In this document: positions 45,989 to 55,344 of the stretch, piece after piece
How positions within the stretch are numbered: position 1 is the first letter of the stretch
Layout: every line of letters starts with the position of its first letter
Translations under genes and position numbers: made by a program
DNA from: an uncultured virus (IMG/VR IMGVR_UViG_3300030103_000980)
Lineage: Duplodnaviria; Heunggongvirae; Uroviricota; Caudoviricetes
IMG/VR virus record: IMGVR_UViG_3300030103_000980
DNA: 64,000 nt
Reading direction: 5' to 3' (one strand)
The notes under the pieces: model-generated
Seen by the model: the letters and a program-made list of their open reading frames with translations, nothing else
Database searches by the model: none
Told to the model about the DNA's origin: nothing

Positions 45989-46164
45989 CAGTTAGCATCC
46001 TGTATTGTATTGCCTTCTTTAACCCAACTCATAATCGCTTGATAGTGTCTGTTACCAGCGTCTGTAGTGGGGACGTACCATGTTTCTCCATCAATAATAG
46101 CCTCAATGACCTCGTTTGTGCCATCATTGTCCGGGTCTAAGTATTTTGCAGATTCTATATTCAT
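45988..46164 (-). CDS. Small fibre-associated protein (58 aa)
   Basis: Hand-translated; VP...NRHYQAIMSWVKEGNTI; fills the gap with coupling. Confidence 0.75.
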   Translation of the reverse strand: MNIESAKYLDPDNDGTNEVIEAIIDGETWYVPTTDAGNRHYQAIMSWVKEGNTIQDAN

Positions 46165-46166
46165 AA

Positions 46167-47222
46167 CTACAATTCCGCGTCAGCAACTAAATCTGTATAA
46201 AAGGCATAAGCAGACTCACCATCGACCCAACAGTCAGTGCTATGACAGTTGATATGTTGAGTGCCTCGACCACTCCCATATGAACTATAGAATGACACAG
46301 TTACTGCTGGAGTCCCTTTCATAACAACGGGGAATGTGTGAGTACACCTTCTATAACTATCAGTGTCATCAATGTTAAATAACCACCTGTTTCGTGTGCC
46401 GGGGTTATCCGTGGTCGTGTACCGATAATAGTAGCGGAAGCAATCTATTTTTTCTTGGGTGACGCTACGATGTTGAAAGGGCGTAGCCTGTTCGCCTACT
46501 TCAAGCTGTACGCCAGTTAATTGAAATGTTGCCCCTGCTGTTGTAACAACATTATTTGTAGCACTAGCTTGAAACCATGTTGTACCGCTTCCATAATCAG
46601 CCCAAGTTGTTGTAGACGCTCCACTGTTCCAGTCTGTACCAACCGCCATATTCCAATAAAGCCACATTCCTCCGCCATTATCATTATCAATAGACTGGCC
46701 TGTATCGCCTTCTATTGTAATAGTTTTTCTTTCCCAAGTGTTCGCGCTACTTATTGTATAAGTCTTCGCTATAACCCGTGGGGTATTATCTGCTTTGTAT
46801 ACACTAAAACCAAAAGTGCCTGTTATTGAAGATTTAACATAAAAAGACACAGTTACGCTTTTTGCGTTTGATGTGCCATGTTGTAAGTGCTGTAAGTTTT
46901 GTGCCTCTATTGGTTGATAAAAAACGTAATACTCGTCTGCGCCAACTGCGCTTTCAGCAGTGCCTGTTGTTAGTTTTAAAGAATTTGAAAAGCCAGCAGG
47001 TGCATCAGTCACTTGTGAAATTGTACAGTCAAATTCATCTGCTGTATTTCTCATAGCAAAGGCAAACCTATCTAAAGTATAAGCAGACCTTGATCCATCA
47101 TGTGCAAAGCTAAAGCTGCTTCCGCGTTGGCTAATAGTCATACCGCCATTAATTATAAGATTAGGCCCTGCTTCAAAAACCGCGTCAGCTACAGAGTTTG
47201 TTTTAATTTTGCTTAATGGCAT
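46167..47222 (-). CDS. Fibre protein with carbohydrate-binding-module-like domain
   Basis: NLIINGGMTISQRG...DRF...QPIE...TGVQLEVGEQATPF...CFRYY. Confidence 0.75.
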   Translation of the reverse strand: MPLSKIKTNSVADAVFEAGPNLIINGGMTISQRGSSFSFAHDGSRSAYTLDRFAFAMRNTADEFDCTISQVTDAPAGFSNSLKLTTGTAESAVGADEYYVFYQPIEAQNLQHLQHGTSNAKSVTVSFYVKSSITGTFGFSVYKADNTPRVIAKTYTISSANTWERKTITIEGDTGQSIDNDNGGGMWLYWNMAVGTDWNSGASTTTWADYGSGTTWFQASATNNVVTTAGATFQLTGVQLEVGEQATPFQHRSVTQEKIDCFRYYYRYTTTDNPGTRNRWLFNIDDTDSYRRCTHTFPVVMKGTPAVTVSFYSSYGSGRGTQHINCHSTDCWVDGESAYAFYTDLVADAEL

Positions 47223-47231
47223 TTCAAACTC

Positions 47232-48125
47232 CTACTGCGAATCTGCTATTTTAACAATAGTAATTGCTGTTCTATTATAATCTGCACCGCCCAAAATTTC
47301 AGAACCAGAAGCCATGCTAGTGCCTTTAAATAAAAATTTTTGATTAGCTGTATCTGTTATGTTCATAAGATTTATCATGGAGCCAGTACTTTTGCCAGTA
47401 CCTGAACCGCTGCCCCCACCAATCAATGAGATTGTCGTATAATTGGTATCATCTTCTGTAAACTTCAATTCAACAAATACTCCGCCGTCACCACTTGCCG
47501 CATTAATTTCAGCAGACACATGAAGAACATAATACCCTGTGGCTGGAAAACTAAATATACCACTGGATTCAGTCATGCCTGTACCAATTTGGGCAAAGCG
47601 CATATTATTGCCATTAGCGTCTGTAGGACGCTCCCAATTAGCAAGGGTTCCGCCACTTACTGTGTGAGAAGCTGTTAAGCGAAACTGGTCAGCCATAGTT
47701 ATGCCATTAGCAAAGCCGCTAAACATTTTGGCTGAGGTTACATTTGAGTCTGCAATCTTCGCAGTAGTTACATTTGCATCAGTAATTTTTGCTGTAGTCA
47801 CAGCATCAGCCGCTAGCTTCGCAGTTGTAATAGAAAGGTCTGGTGCTTCCAGCCGTGTTGTTACTTCTGCCTGACCACGATAGATAACGTACACGTTGCC
47901 TGTGCCTAACGGCGGAGCCTCGTCAAACGTCAGTGTAGTTCCTGTGGCTGTGTATGACTTGCCAACCCCAGGCTCCTGCTGCACGTTGTCAACAAATACC
48001 TCTAACTCCTCACCAGTATTTACAGCGCGGTTAAGGGTGAATGCGGTCGCCGAACCTGTGCCGTTGAAAGACTGACTTGTTGTCTTTGTTAGCTGTTTAT
48101 TTGGTTGTGCGCCTATGTATGCCAT
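47232..48125 (-). CDS. Tail fibre protein (anchor, shaft repeats, tip)
   Basis: N-terminus shared with 45260..45988; VTTAKI repeats; tip shared with 42836..43381. Confidence 0.8.
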   Translation of the reverse strand: MAYIGAQPNKQLTKTTSQSFNGTGSATAFTLNRAVNTGEELEVFVDNVQQEPGVGKSYTATGTTLTFDEAPPLGTGNVYVIYRGQAEVTTRLEAPDLSITTAKLAADAVTTAKITDANVTTAKIADSNVTSAKMFSGFANGITMADQFRLTASHTVSGGTLANWERPTDANGNNMRFAQIGTGMTESSGIFSFPATGYYVLHVSAEINAASGDGGVFVELKFTEDDTNYTTISLIGGGSGSGTGKSTGSMINLMNITDTANQKFLFKGTSMASGSEILGGADYNRTAITIVKIADSQ

Positions 48126-48128
48126 GAC

Positions 48129-48650
48129 TTAACCTACTAAATATCCGCTGAATCGAGAACCTGCTCGAACTTGCACACTAGTATCTCCATTAACAAAAAT
48201 TTGGGGATTAACAGTTTGGGTTGCAGTTAAATAAATTAACGCTGATGTTGAAAGCGTTATGTATGACCCGCTTTGTGGGTCTTCAATGTTTCGATAATCT
48301 AAATTACTGTCTGATGAAAAAGCCCCGTCTATAAACAAAAATGTGTTAACGTGACCAGCACTTCCAGTATTTCCAAAAGATGCCACAAGGTTAAATTGGT
48401 AGTAACCTGTTATGGGTGCTGTAAATGTTGCAACACTTGAAGATATTGCTACACAGCTACCAATATTGAAATCAATCGTATCAAGAGGAAGGTCAGTAGT
48501 AGTGGTGTAGTCTGCTGAAGAACCCATAGTAGCTAAATGCACACTAAACTTTGGATTAGCTGGTGTCAGTATGCGACCACTGCTATCAATAGACAGCGCG
48601 GCTGTGCCGCCGGAGCTTTGGATGTTATCGACTTTTAATATGCTAGTCAT
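48129..48650 (-). CDS. C1q-like fibre tip paralogue
   Basis: MTSILKVDNI...DSSGRI...FTAPITGYYQF...FSGYLVG. Confidence 0.8.
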   Translation of the reverse strand: MTSILKVDNIQSSGGTAALSIDSSGRILTPANPKFSVHLATMGSSADYTTTTDLPLDTIDFNIGSCVAISSSVATFTAPITGYYQFNLVASFGNTGSAGHVNTFLFIDGAFSSDSNLDYRNIEDPQSGSYITLSTSALIYLTATQTVNPQIFVNGDTSVQVRAGSRFSGYLVG

Positions 48651-48654
48651 CCTG

Positions 48655-49167
48655 TTATCCTACAAGCTTAAAGACTATCGAATGATAAAACCCAGAACTA
48701 TCCAAATGAATACCGCCAGTATCTAATCGAAGTGTTAAATAATCATTTGCCGCTAAATTAATTAATAGCTTCATAGATGCCAGTGAATAAAGATTGGCGG
48801 CATAGTCATAAGCACGCCCCCCTGGCCCAGCATAAAGACTACCGTTTTTAAATACATCTACATAAGTAACACTATTTGCATCATCCTTTAAATAAGTATA
48901 ACTAAACTCATATATTCCTGCTATTGGTGCAGTAAATTTGCCATTTGATGAGTTGTAAACAGAGCCTTGATTTATTGCTACTACATCAAACAATATGTCT
49001 GCACCAGTTGTGGTAAACGGATTAGTTCCATCTTGTGTGTTAGAAGTGCTTAAACTTACACACGCACAAGGTATTTGCGGAAACAATACACGACCACTGC
49101 TATCAATGGTCATAGCATCTGTGCCATTAGTGTGCTGGATAGTTTGTACGCCTAGTTCGGATGCCAT
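48655..49167 (-). CDS. C1q-like fibre tip paralogue
   Basis: MASELGVQTI...DSSGRV...FTAPIAGIYEF...KLVG. Confidence 0.8.
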   Translation of the reverse strand: MASELGVQTIQHTNGTDAMTIDSSGRVLFPQIPCACVSLSTSNTQDGTNPFTTTGADILFDVVAINQGSVYNSSNGKFTAPIAGIYEFSYTYLKDDANSVTYVDVFKNGSLYAGPGGRAYDYAANLYSLASMKLLINLAANDYLTLRLDTGGIHLDSSGFYHSIVFKLVG

Positions 49168-49664
49168 TATGAAGCTCCTATTCTATGCACGAGCATATTA
49201 CAGCTATTTATGCTTCCAGAGAATGTTCTTGAAGAACCATAGTTGTGGTAAACTTGAAGTTTAACTGTATCTCCGGCACTAAGTTGTTTGATTGTATCTA
49301 CTTCACCAACAGGATATTGACCAGTTGCTAGGCCGTAACCAGCTAGTTCCATAAACTCATCATTACTGCCGTTCAAATTAATCTGCACTATTATTCTTTT
49401 TGTTATGAAATTAGCACCTCTTGCTCTTCCTTTTATATGATAATAACCACCCATGCCGCTTGGAATTGTAATTTGATTATTAGACAAGTCAGCCAAGCTG
49501 TGAGTGTCAAAAACTGTTGTATCAAAAGGACAAGTAACGTATGTGGTATTGGCGACACTAAAATCTGAAGACGCATATATCTTACAAAGAACAGGTTTTG
49601 TCATGTCAACAAAACCCCCAGTAGTCTTTGGTGCTATTTCATCTACAAGTATCTTACTAGACAA
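49167..49664 (-). CDS. C1q-like fibre tip paralogue
   Basis: MSSKILVDEI...FDT...ITIP..GGYY...LSAGDTVKL. Confidence 0.75.
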   Translation of the reverse strand: MSSKILVDEIAPKTTGGFVDMTKPVLCKIYASSDFSVANTTYVTCPFDTTVFDTHSLADLSNNQITIPSGMGGYYHIKGRARGANFITKRIIVQINLNGSNDEFMELAGYGLATGQYPVGEVDTIKQLSAGDTVKLQVYHNYGSSRTFSGSINSCNMLVHRIGAS

Positions 49665-49869
49665 CGGTCAGCACTCCATTAACGGTGATTGTAGCGGAGA
49701 TGGTTATTGGTCCAAACGCCCCTGCGTTTTCTGTAGAAGCCACAGTCAGGTCGCTAGTGATACTGGTAGCGTTTGTGCGGAACGGGTTAGTAGTGGTTGA
49801 TGCCGCAATGTCTGCGTTATGCACACCGCCATCCTTAATCTGATTTGTGTCAATCGTGCTAAGTGCCAT
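49657..49869 (-). CDS. Short fibre adapter protein
   Basis: C-terminal FRTN...NAGAFGPITI...TITVNGVLTVV paralogous to the end of 45260..45988. Confidence 0.75.
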   Translation of the reverse strand: MALSTIDTNQIKDGGVHNADIAASTTTNPFRTNATSITSDLTVASTENAGAFGPITISATITVNGVLTVV

Positions 49870-50198
49870 CAGGTAATCTCCAGTACAGACAGTGTAACGT
49901 CTGCTGCTGACGCTTGACTTGCTGTTATCCTCAAGATGTCGGAAGCATTCATCACAATCTTCTGATCACCACCAACTGCTACCAGTGACGAGCCAACAGG
50001 AACAATGGCTGACTTCACAATATGAACATTGTCGCCATCGTTATTGATTAGCTGTACGTTTACCGTGATTGAAACCGCCAATATGTTAGCTATGTTCAAG
50101 CCGATGATTGTTGTTTCTGTCGCGCTGGGGCAGGTGTAAACATCTGCGTTGGCTGTCCCCACTGCGGTATCTGTAAATGTTTTAAATGCGTTAGCCAT
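49869..50198 (-). CDS. Tail-region structural protein
   Basis: MANAFK...YTCP...SVLEIT. Confidence 0.75.
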   Translation of the reverse strand: MANAFKTFTDTAVGTANADVYTCPSATETTIIGLNIANILAVSITVNVQLINNDGDNVHIVKSAIVPVGSSLVAVGGDQKIVMNASDILRITASQASAADVTLSVLEIT

Positions 50199-50202
50199 TT
50201 TT

Positions 50203-50583
50203 CTATCCCAATGCTATTGCGAATGCCAACGCATTCGGGTCTTGTTCTGTAAAGTTCTGCGCGGTTCCACTTGCATCATTAAAAATCATCTTCTCTGCTG
50301 GCAACGTACAGAAGATGGTTCGTGTGCCTGATGTCCAATTCACAGCGTTATCAGAATTGCTAGACTGCAATATTGTGGTACGAGCCAAGGTTGTACCAGA
50401 TGCAGTGTAGGTTCCAATACCTATCTCAAAATCAGTTCCATCCGTGCAAGCATAATAGGTAGTGTTACCATTACCTATCTGGCTAAACGCCTCAAAACCA
50501 GTTAGCGCACCAGCAAGAGTATATGTGCCAGTGCCCGTTGTGGTGGTTGTTTCTTTCACGCGGTCTTTCAGAACAAGAGCCAT
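50203..50583 (-). CDS. Tail fibre proximal protein
   Basis: DRVKETTTTTGTG...TLAR...; ends ALAFAIALG. Confidence 0.75.
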   Translation of the reverse strand: MALVLKDRVKETTTTTGTGTYTLAGALTGFEAFSQIGNGNTTYYACTDGTDFEIGIGTYTASGTTLARTTILQSSNSDNAVNWTSGTRTIFCTLPAEKMIFNDASGTAQNFTEQDPNALAFAIALG

Positions 50584-51011
50584 TACTTCAACTCGACTGT
50601 AAGATTCCCAGCGTTAATACGGAAGATATCCCCCGTAGCAATAGTCTTGTTTGCATCTAGCGCACCAACAAACAGAATGTTACCGCTTGAAGCCGCATCT
50701 ACAAGAAATGCATGTGTTACAGTGTTGCTGGTTCCAGTTGATGCCGGAAACTCAATGTTAGCTGCGTTGGTAACTGTCTGTTGATCCGTACTTGCGGAGG
50801 CTAGTGTCCAGTTTGCTGCGGTCACTTGCTGTCGTGCATACGAACCAAAAGTTGCTTCTGTTAATGAACCAGCCTCTGCGTCAGAAACTGCTGTTGCCAA
50901 GCCAACATATATACTGTCGCCTGGTGTTGCGAATGAACCAGCATTATTCTTAAAAATAAAACTAAGTATTTTATTCTCAAGGTAAGTGGTTGCTGCGTTG
51001 CTTGTTGCCAT
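50583..51011 (-). CDS. Tail structural protein
   Basis: YLENK...YARQ...IEFP...DAASSGN...KTIATGD. Confidence 0.75.
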   Translation of the reverse strand: MATSNAATTYLENKILSFIFKNNAGSFATPGDSIYVGLATAVSDAEAGSLTEATFGSYARQQVTAANWTLASASTDQQTVTNAANIEFPASTGTSNTVTHAFLVDAASSGNILFVGALDANKTIATGDIFRINAGNLTVELK

Positions 51012-51020
51012 TTGTTACTC

Positions 51021-51668
51021 CTAAGTCCTTGGCCTGTCGGGTAAGCCCCTGCGATACGCATCTGAGTTTTCTCTAGCTTCCGCCAAGTCTTTCAAACGCT
51101 GAATTTCCTGCGCGAACCTCTGCTCGTACAGTTGCATCATATCCTGCTCACCTTTCATGTAAGTATACGCTTCCACAAGTGAGCCGTAAAGAAGAGCGTT
51201 AGGGGCGTTGTCGCTCAACCATGATGTTGCAGAGTCTACACCAGCGGTAATGCTGGCGGGTCTGTAGTAATAGTGTAGCTCTACTGTGTAGTTACTGTCG
51301 GGTGTAGGGCCAACAATAAAGTTATCCACGTCGTAAACACTGTAGTATTTTGGTCTGGCGTTTGCGCCTGTGTCTATAGAATACTGTTGAACAAAGTTCA
51401 CATCTTTAAAGTCTAAGAACACCTTGTTCGATGCTGTTGTGATTTGAAAAGAAAACGGCGCAAGGTAGTCTGTAGGAACAGACAAGTACGGATCAGCGTT
51501 TGTCAGTGCGGATGTAGCGTTTTTACGAAACAACTCAAGGTCAACAAGTGTAAAGATACGATCCTCTGCACCACGAATAAACACTGGCAAGTTCGTAACG
51601 AAAGATGTCTCAGTGTTTTCTGCGAAGTCTTGGATAGCTTGTTTGAGTTGTGCGTATGTAAATGACAT
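51021..51668 (-). CDS. Head-tail adaptor / tail tubular-like protein
   Basis: TYAQLKQAIQDF...FI..AE.RI...P.YY...GPTPD...LLYGSL. Confidence 0.7.
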   Translation of the reverse strand: MSFTYAQLKQAIQDFAENTETSFVTNLPVFIRGAEDRIFTLVDLELFRKNATSALTNADPYLSVPTDYLAPFSFQITTASNKVFLDFKDVNFVQQYSIDTGANARPKYYSVYDVDNFIVGPTPDSNYTVELHYYYRPASITAGVDSATSWLSDNAPNALLYGSLVEAYTYMKGEQDMMQLYEQRFAQEIQRLKDLAEARENSDAYRRGLPDRPRT

Positions 51669-51680
51669 GTTACCTGCTCA

Positions 51681-52331
51681 CTATACTATTGTTATATTTC
51701 CAACCATGCTGCTGTGAACAGTACACTGGTACACCAACGAAGTATCACTAGGCTCATGTGGCACAATAAATTGAGTTAATCCGGTGGTGCTGTTGTAGTT
51801 ATCTGTAACTCCTGTTGTAAAAGCAGAGCCACCAGAAGCTGTTCGTATCTGCAAAGGATGACTGCTGACATAGGAGGTGTTGTCAATTAAGTATGTGTGA
51901 CCCTTGTAGAAGGTAAAGTTGGGATTGTTACCAGCGGTAGCACCTGGTCCAGAAAAAGTGTAAGCAGAACCTGTAGCCCCCGTTGTTGTGTATGTGGTTG
52001 TCGGACCACTGACTTCATCATTAAGCCGTATCCAATTACCCCCGTGAGCAAAATACAAACCACCCGTTGCGTGGACATGAGCAACCGCGCCGTGATAGGT
52101 TGATGCGCTAGGCAAATCAGTCAGGGCAGCATAGTAGAAAACAATTTTGTTCGCGCCAGAACTAACGTCAATAAGACCATTTGTGTCGATGATGTCAGTT
52201 AAAGCTGTGCCGTTACCCAACGCATTGTAGATTTCGTTGAAGTTGTCGTTTATCTTATCCGCTCCAGCACGAAGAGTATCACCTGTGCCATCATTTGCGC
52301 TTGATCCGATTCCTACTGTTTGTTTAGCCAT
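51681..52331 (-). CDS. Structural protein with T4 gp9/10-like N-terminus and cupredoxin-like C-terminus
   Basis: IGSSANDGTGDTLR...KINDNF; HP...YQCTVHSSMVGNITI. Confidence 0.7.
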   Translation of the reverse strand: MAKQTVGIGSSANDGTGDTLRAGADKINDNFNEIYNALGNGTALTDIIDTNGLIDVSSGANKIVFYYAALTDLPSASTYHGAVAHVHATGGLYFAHGGNWIRLNDEVSGPTTTYTTTGATGSAYTFSGPGATAGNNPNFTFYKGHTYLIDNTSYVSSHPLQIRTASGGSAFTTGVTDNYNSTTGLTQFIVPHEPSDTSLVYQCTVHSSMVGNITIV

Positions 52332-52910
52332 TTAGCCCTCGTCAAAAGTCTTAGTTGCCGAATCGAGTGTAACATTTGTTGCGTCAAAGGTCGATGCTGT
52401 TGATGGTGTTGCTGTCCCCGGCCCAGAGGTCGCATTGTCACCACCGCCTCGTGCGTTACCGATTGTTGCTGTTTCACCTCCGGTAATGGTGATTGTATAC
52501 GAATTAGCATCGACAACCGTGATTGTATACCCTGTAGCTTTTTCAAGACTAGCTTCTGAAAATCCATCAAACGCCTCCACTTTACGAAAAACAACAGCAT
52601 CTGATGTGCTGCGACCATGAGAAGGTTCAAACACTGTGACCACAGGAGATCCCGGAGAACCAGATTGAAATGCATTCTTCATCAAAAGTATTTGCCCAGC
52701 CACCTCTGTGCTTGTGTCTGGTCTGGGTTCAAAAAGTGCTTGTGGATCTGAACCGGGGGATATGGGTTCTAACTGTGGGTGTTTTGGCTCATACTCATCT
52801 GGGCCAACTTTAAGACCATTCCATTCCGTTATCATGTCAGCAAGACGATAACGAAACCCAGAACGGTCTGATATACCGTAAGCATATTTCCCAGATGCAT
52901 ATCTAGCCAT
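52332..52910 (-). CDS. Conserved neck-region protein
   Basis: GISDRSGFRY...EWNG...EPKHPQL. Confidence 0.75.
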   Translation of the reverse strand: MARYASGKYAYGISDRSGFRYRLADMITEWNGLKVGPDEYEPKHPQLEPISPGSDPQALFEPRPDTSTEVAGQILLMKNAFQSGSPGSPVVTVFEPSHGRSTSDAVVFRKVEAFDGFSEASLEKATGYTITVVDANSYTITITGGETATIGNARGGGDNATSGPGTATPSTASTFDATNVTLDSATKTFDEG

Positions 52911-53578
52911 TAGTTTACCCGAAGATAAGAAATACTAGGCTGTAACTTCAACGGTACTCTATCTTCGTCCTCATCCGCTGCACGTTGGAACTCTTCTTCA
53001 TACACAGACTTCAAAAGCTGCACCCGCTCTGGTGCTCTTTTGATTGACAGATAATACGCTAAACCTGCGACCATACAGGGCAAGAACCGAAACGGTGCAT
53101 CAGTTGTGTTGGCTAGGGTGTCAACGTCTTCTATGCGCTTCACATAGTAATACACAAGCGTATCGGTTGAGTTTTCTGGAGTAGACCACAAAGTAATCTG
53201 CGGAGCACTTTGTCTGTTGTAGTAATACTGACTTGGCTTACCCTGTGTTGTTTTGTTTGGTATGCCAAGATACTCACCACGAGACATCCGAGTAAGTTCT
53301 TGATCTACACCGCTGCGTCGTAGTGAAACCTCAAGAAGATCTGTGTGATTAGCATCAAGCGTATAAGTAGCGGTGCCCTGTGTCAGAGCTTGCGTTGCCT
53401 GCTTCACCGTCCACAAGTTAAGGCCACGATTGGCCCAGTCAGCAAACATCAGGTTCATAGAACGACGTGCTGTCTTGGCATCGTATCCGGTGCGAACCTC
53501 AAGTCCACACCGCTCATACGCCTCTTCAATTATCTCGGCTACGTCGAGGTCGAAGTCTGTTGAACCTGAAGTTGCCAT
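52910..53578 (-). CDS. Head-tail connector protein
   Basis: IEEAYERCG...ARRS...WANRGLNLW...RFLPCMVAGLAYY. Confidence 0.7.
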   Translation of the reverse strand: MATSGSTDFDLDVAEIIEEAYERCGLEVRTGYDAKTARRSMNLMFADWANRGLNLWTVKQATQALTQGTATYTLDANHTDLLEVSLRRSGVDQELTRMSRGEYLGIPNKTTQGKPSQYYYNRQSAPQITLWSTPENSTDTLVYYYVKRIEDVDTLANTTDAPFRFLPCMVAGLAYYLSIKRAPERVQLLKSVYEEEFQRAADEDEDRVPLKLQPSISYLRVN

Positions 53579-53728
53579 TTACTTCTTCTTTCTCATGGCC
53601 TTTCCTTTTTTAGCCATGACAGGTTTTTTCATCATCATGCTGCCGCCGCCACGCATCATCTTCTTTTTAGCTGCACCACCACGCATCATTCTCATGGGCT
53701 TCTTTTTTCCACGCATCATTCCTGGCAT
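53579..53728 (-). CDS. 49-aa Met/Lys/Arg-rich peptide
   Basis: Hand-translated MPGMMRGKKKPMRMMRGGAAKKKMMRGGGSMMMKK...; AGGAG RBS. Confidence 0.75.
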   Translation of the reverse strand: MPGMMRGKKKPMRMMRGGAAKKKMMRGGGSMMMKKPVMAKKGKAMRKKK

Positions 53729-54188
53729 CGTATAATCTCCTTGCCGAACGCTCGGCTATTAGGTTGTCAAAGTCATCATCATCATAGTTGTCATAGTAAC
53801 CTTTTTTCAGCAGCTTTGCACTTGCATCATCAAGTTTTGACAACCGTTGTATAAACACCATAGTTATGTCGTGTTGAAACGACAACAGCCAGATGTTCAT
53901 CCCTTTTTGCGCGAACCATTTGTTTAGTGCCATGCATGAGATTTCAAGGTCTTCATACTCACAAAATGGTTCTTGCTGTGCCACAATGACAACCTGATGG
54001 TCGTCATTAAAACTATCAACCTCTTCGTTTACAACGTCCCAGAAGTCATCTTCTGTTTCGATTACCTTTACTTGGCTCTCAAACCAAGCTTTCTTTGCGT
54101 ATGGACAGGGCCAGATATTATTCAAGTCTGGATCAGGAACACTAAGTTCCTCAACAATCCACTGTTCAAGCTCTTTCTTTACGTCCAT
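53667..54188 (-). CDS. DUF1415-like hypothetical protein
   Basis: WIVE...PCPYAKKA; probable start at MDVKK. Confidence 0.6.
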   Translation of the reverse strand: MDVKKELEQWIVEELSVPDPDLNNIWPCPYAKKAWFESQVKVIETEDDFWDVVNEEVDSFNDDHQVVIVAQQEPFCEYEDLEISCMALNKWFAQKGMNIWLLSFQHDITMVFIQRLSKLDDASAKLLKKGYYDNYDDDDFDNLIAERSARRLYDARNDAWKKEAHENDAWWCS

Positions 54189-54339
54189 TTCTTTTCGGCA
54201 TTTGCATCGCGCCAGCCATTTCCTTGCGCGGTGAACAAGCCGCTCCTCCATGTTTGAACCCAGGCACACCACGGCCTTTCAAAATGTCTTTCTTTGTGAC
54301 CTTGCCATCACCTGTTAAATCAGGAAATTTTTTTGCCAT
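54166..54339 (-). CDS. 57-aa basic protein with EF-hand-like loop
   Basis: Hand-translated MAKKFPDLTGDGKVTKKDILKGRGVPGFKHGG; TAATG coupling. Confidence 0.75.
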   Translation of the reverse strand: MAKKFPDLTGDGKVTKKDILKGRGVPGFKHGGAACSPRKEMAGAMQMPKRNGRKERA

Positions 54340-54617
54340 TACTTCTTCTTCCTTCTAAGTGACTTAACGCGACGTGGCTTACCAGCAGGCTGACCCAATC
54401 GCTTCTTCTGTGCTATTCTACTACGTTTTTCTGTAGCCGTCATCTCTTTGGATGTTTTGGGTGTCTTGCTAGAAATCCTCTTAGTGGGGCGACAATATGG
54501 AGTACCCCGTTTTTCACCTTTGCGTCTGCCACACGCTTTCCCCGTGCGCTGGTCCTTCCAGTCTTCTTTGAACCACCGTTTGAGAGCAAGACCAGCTTTT
54601 GTTTTTCTAACAGCCAT
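54339..54617 (-). CDS. Basic protein (DUF5872-like)
   Basis: LKRWFKEDW...CGR...PYCRP. Confidence 0.75.
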   Translation of the reverse strand: MAVRKTKAGLALKRWFKEDWKDQRTGKACGRRKGEKRGTPYCRPTKRISSKTPKTSKEMTATEKRSRIAQKKRLGQPAGKPRRVKSLRRKKK

Positions 54618-54627
54618 ATTCTTCCCA

Positions 54628-55071
54628 TCAGCCTCTAATACTTACAACTATAAATATTCCCAATCCAACCAACATAGCAATTATAACCGACACTAACGTC
54701 CATTCCATAACTGCTTCTATCAAACGCTCCCGTTTTCTTTTCTTTGCCTGTCGTTCTTTTCGTAAATCACCTTGTACTTTTAACACATCTCTCCAAGCAT
54801 TAAACCCATAATTGGCAACCAAGAAATTACGAAGCTCTGCTTCCATCTTTTCTGCCTTCTTTTTTGCGGCGTAGGTGTGTAAAGCTTCCTCTTCTACACT
54901 ACCAAACCTCCTACCCTTTGCCTTCTCATGCCCCTCTTTAATTTGGCCTATGGCACCCATAAGTTTACCAATGTCTTTTGACATTGATGTCACTTCTTTG
55001 CCGAGGGCGAATCCTTTTTTAATCGCCTGATATGAAGTTGTGGCGGTGGCGATTAATGTAACAGGATCCAT
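54628..55071 (-). CDS. Coiled-coil protein with C-terminal TM helix
   Basis: MDPVT...SVEEEAL...; hydrophobic C-terminus. Confidence 0.75.
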   Translation of the reverse strand: MDPVTLIATATTSYQAIKKGFALGKEVTSMSKDIGKLMGAIGQIKEGHEKAKGRRFGSVEEEALHTYAAKKKAEKMEAELRNFLVANYGFNAWRDVLKVQGDLRKERQAKKRKRERLIEAVMEWTLVSVIIAMLVGLGIFIVVSIRG

Positions 55072-55344
55072 CTATGACTGCGTTACCGCCCCCTTTGTTC
55101 TTTTGCGTCTACCCTTCATTATAGCACCACATCCACGCGCCACTGCTGTCCCTTTGACGGCTTTCCCTCTGAAGGCGCGCTTGGGCTTCTGGTCGTGTAT
55201 GCCACCATCGGCTTTCTTTGTTGACTTGCCATAATTGGCAGCACCGACTTTTCTGCACTTGGCGATGGCCCCGCTTGCGTACGCCGACGGGAAAACCCTA
55301 TATCTTGCCTTAACCTTGTGATAGCATGCATCTTTCTTACTCAT
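55072..55344 (-). CDS. Basic protein
   Basis: DACYHKVKARY...PSAYASGAIAKCR. Confidence 0.8.
   Translation of the reverse strand: MSKKDACYHKVKARYRVFPSAYASGAIAKCRKVGAANYGKSTKKADGGIHDQKPKRAFRGKAVKGTAVARGCGAIMKGRRKRTKGAVTQS

Noticed and set aside
42836..49869. Diversity-generating retroelement or shufflon
   Set aside because: No reverse transcriptase or recombinase recognised, no adenine-specific template/variable repeat pair noticed, and all genes are co-oriented
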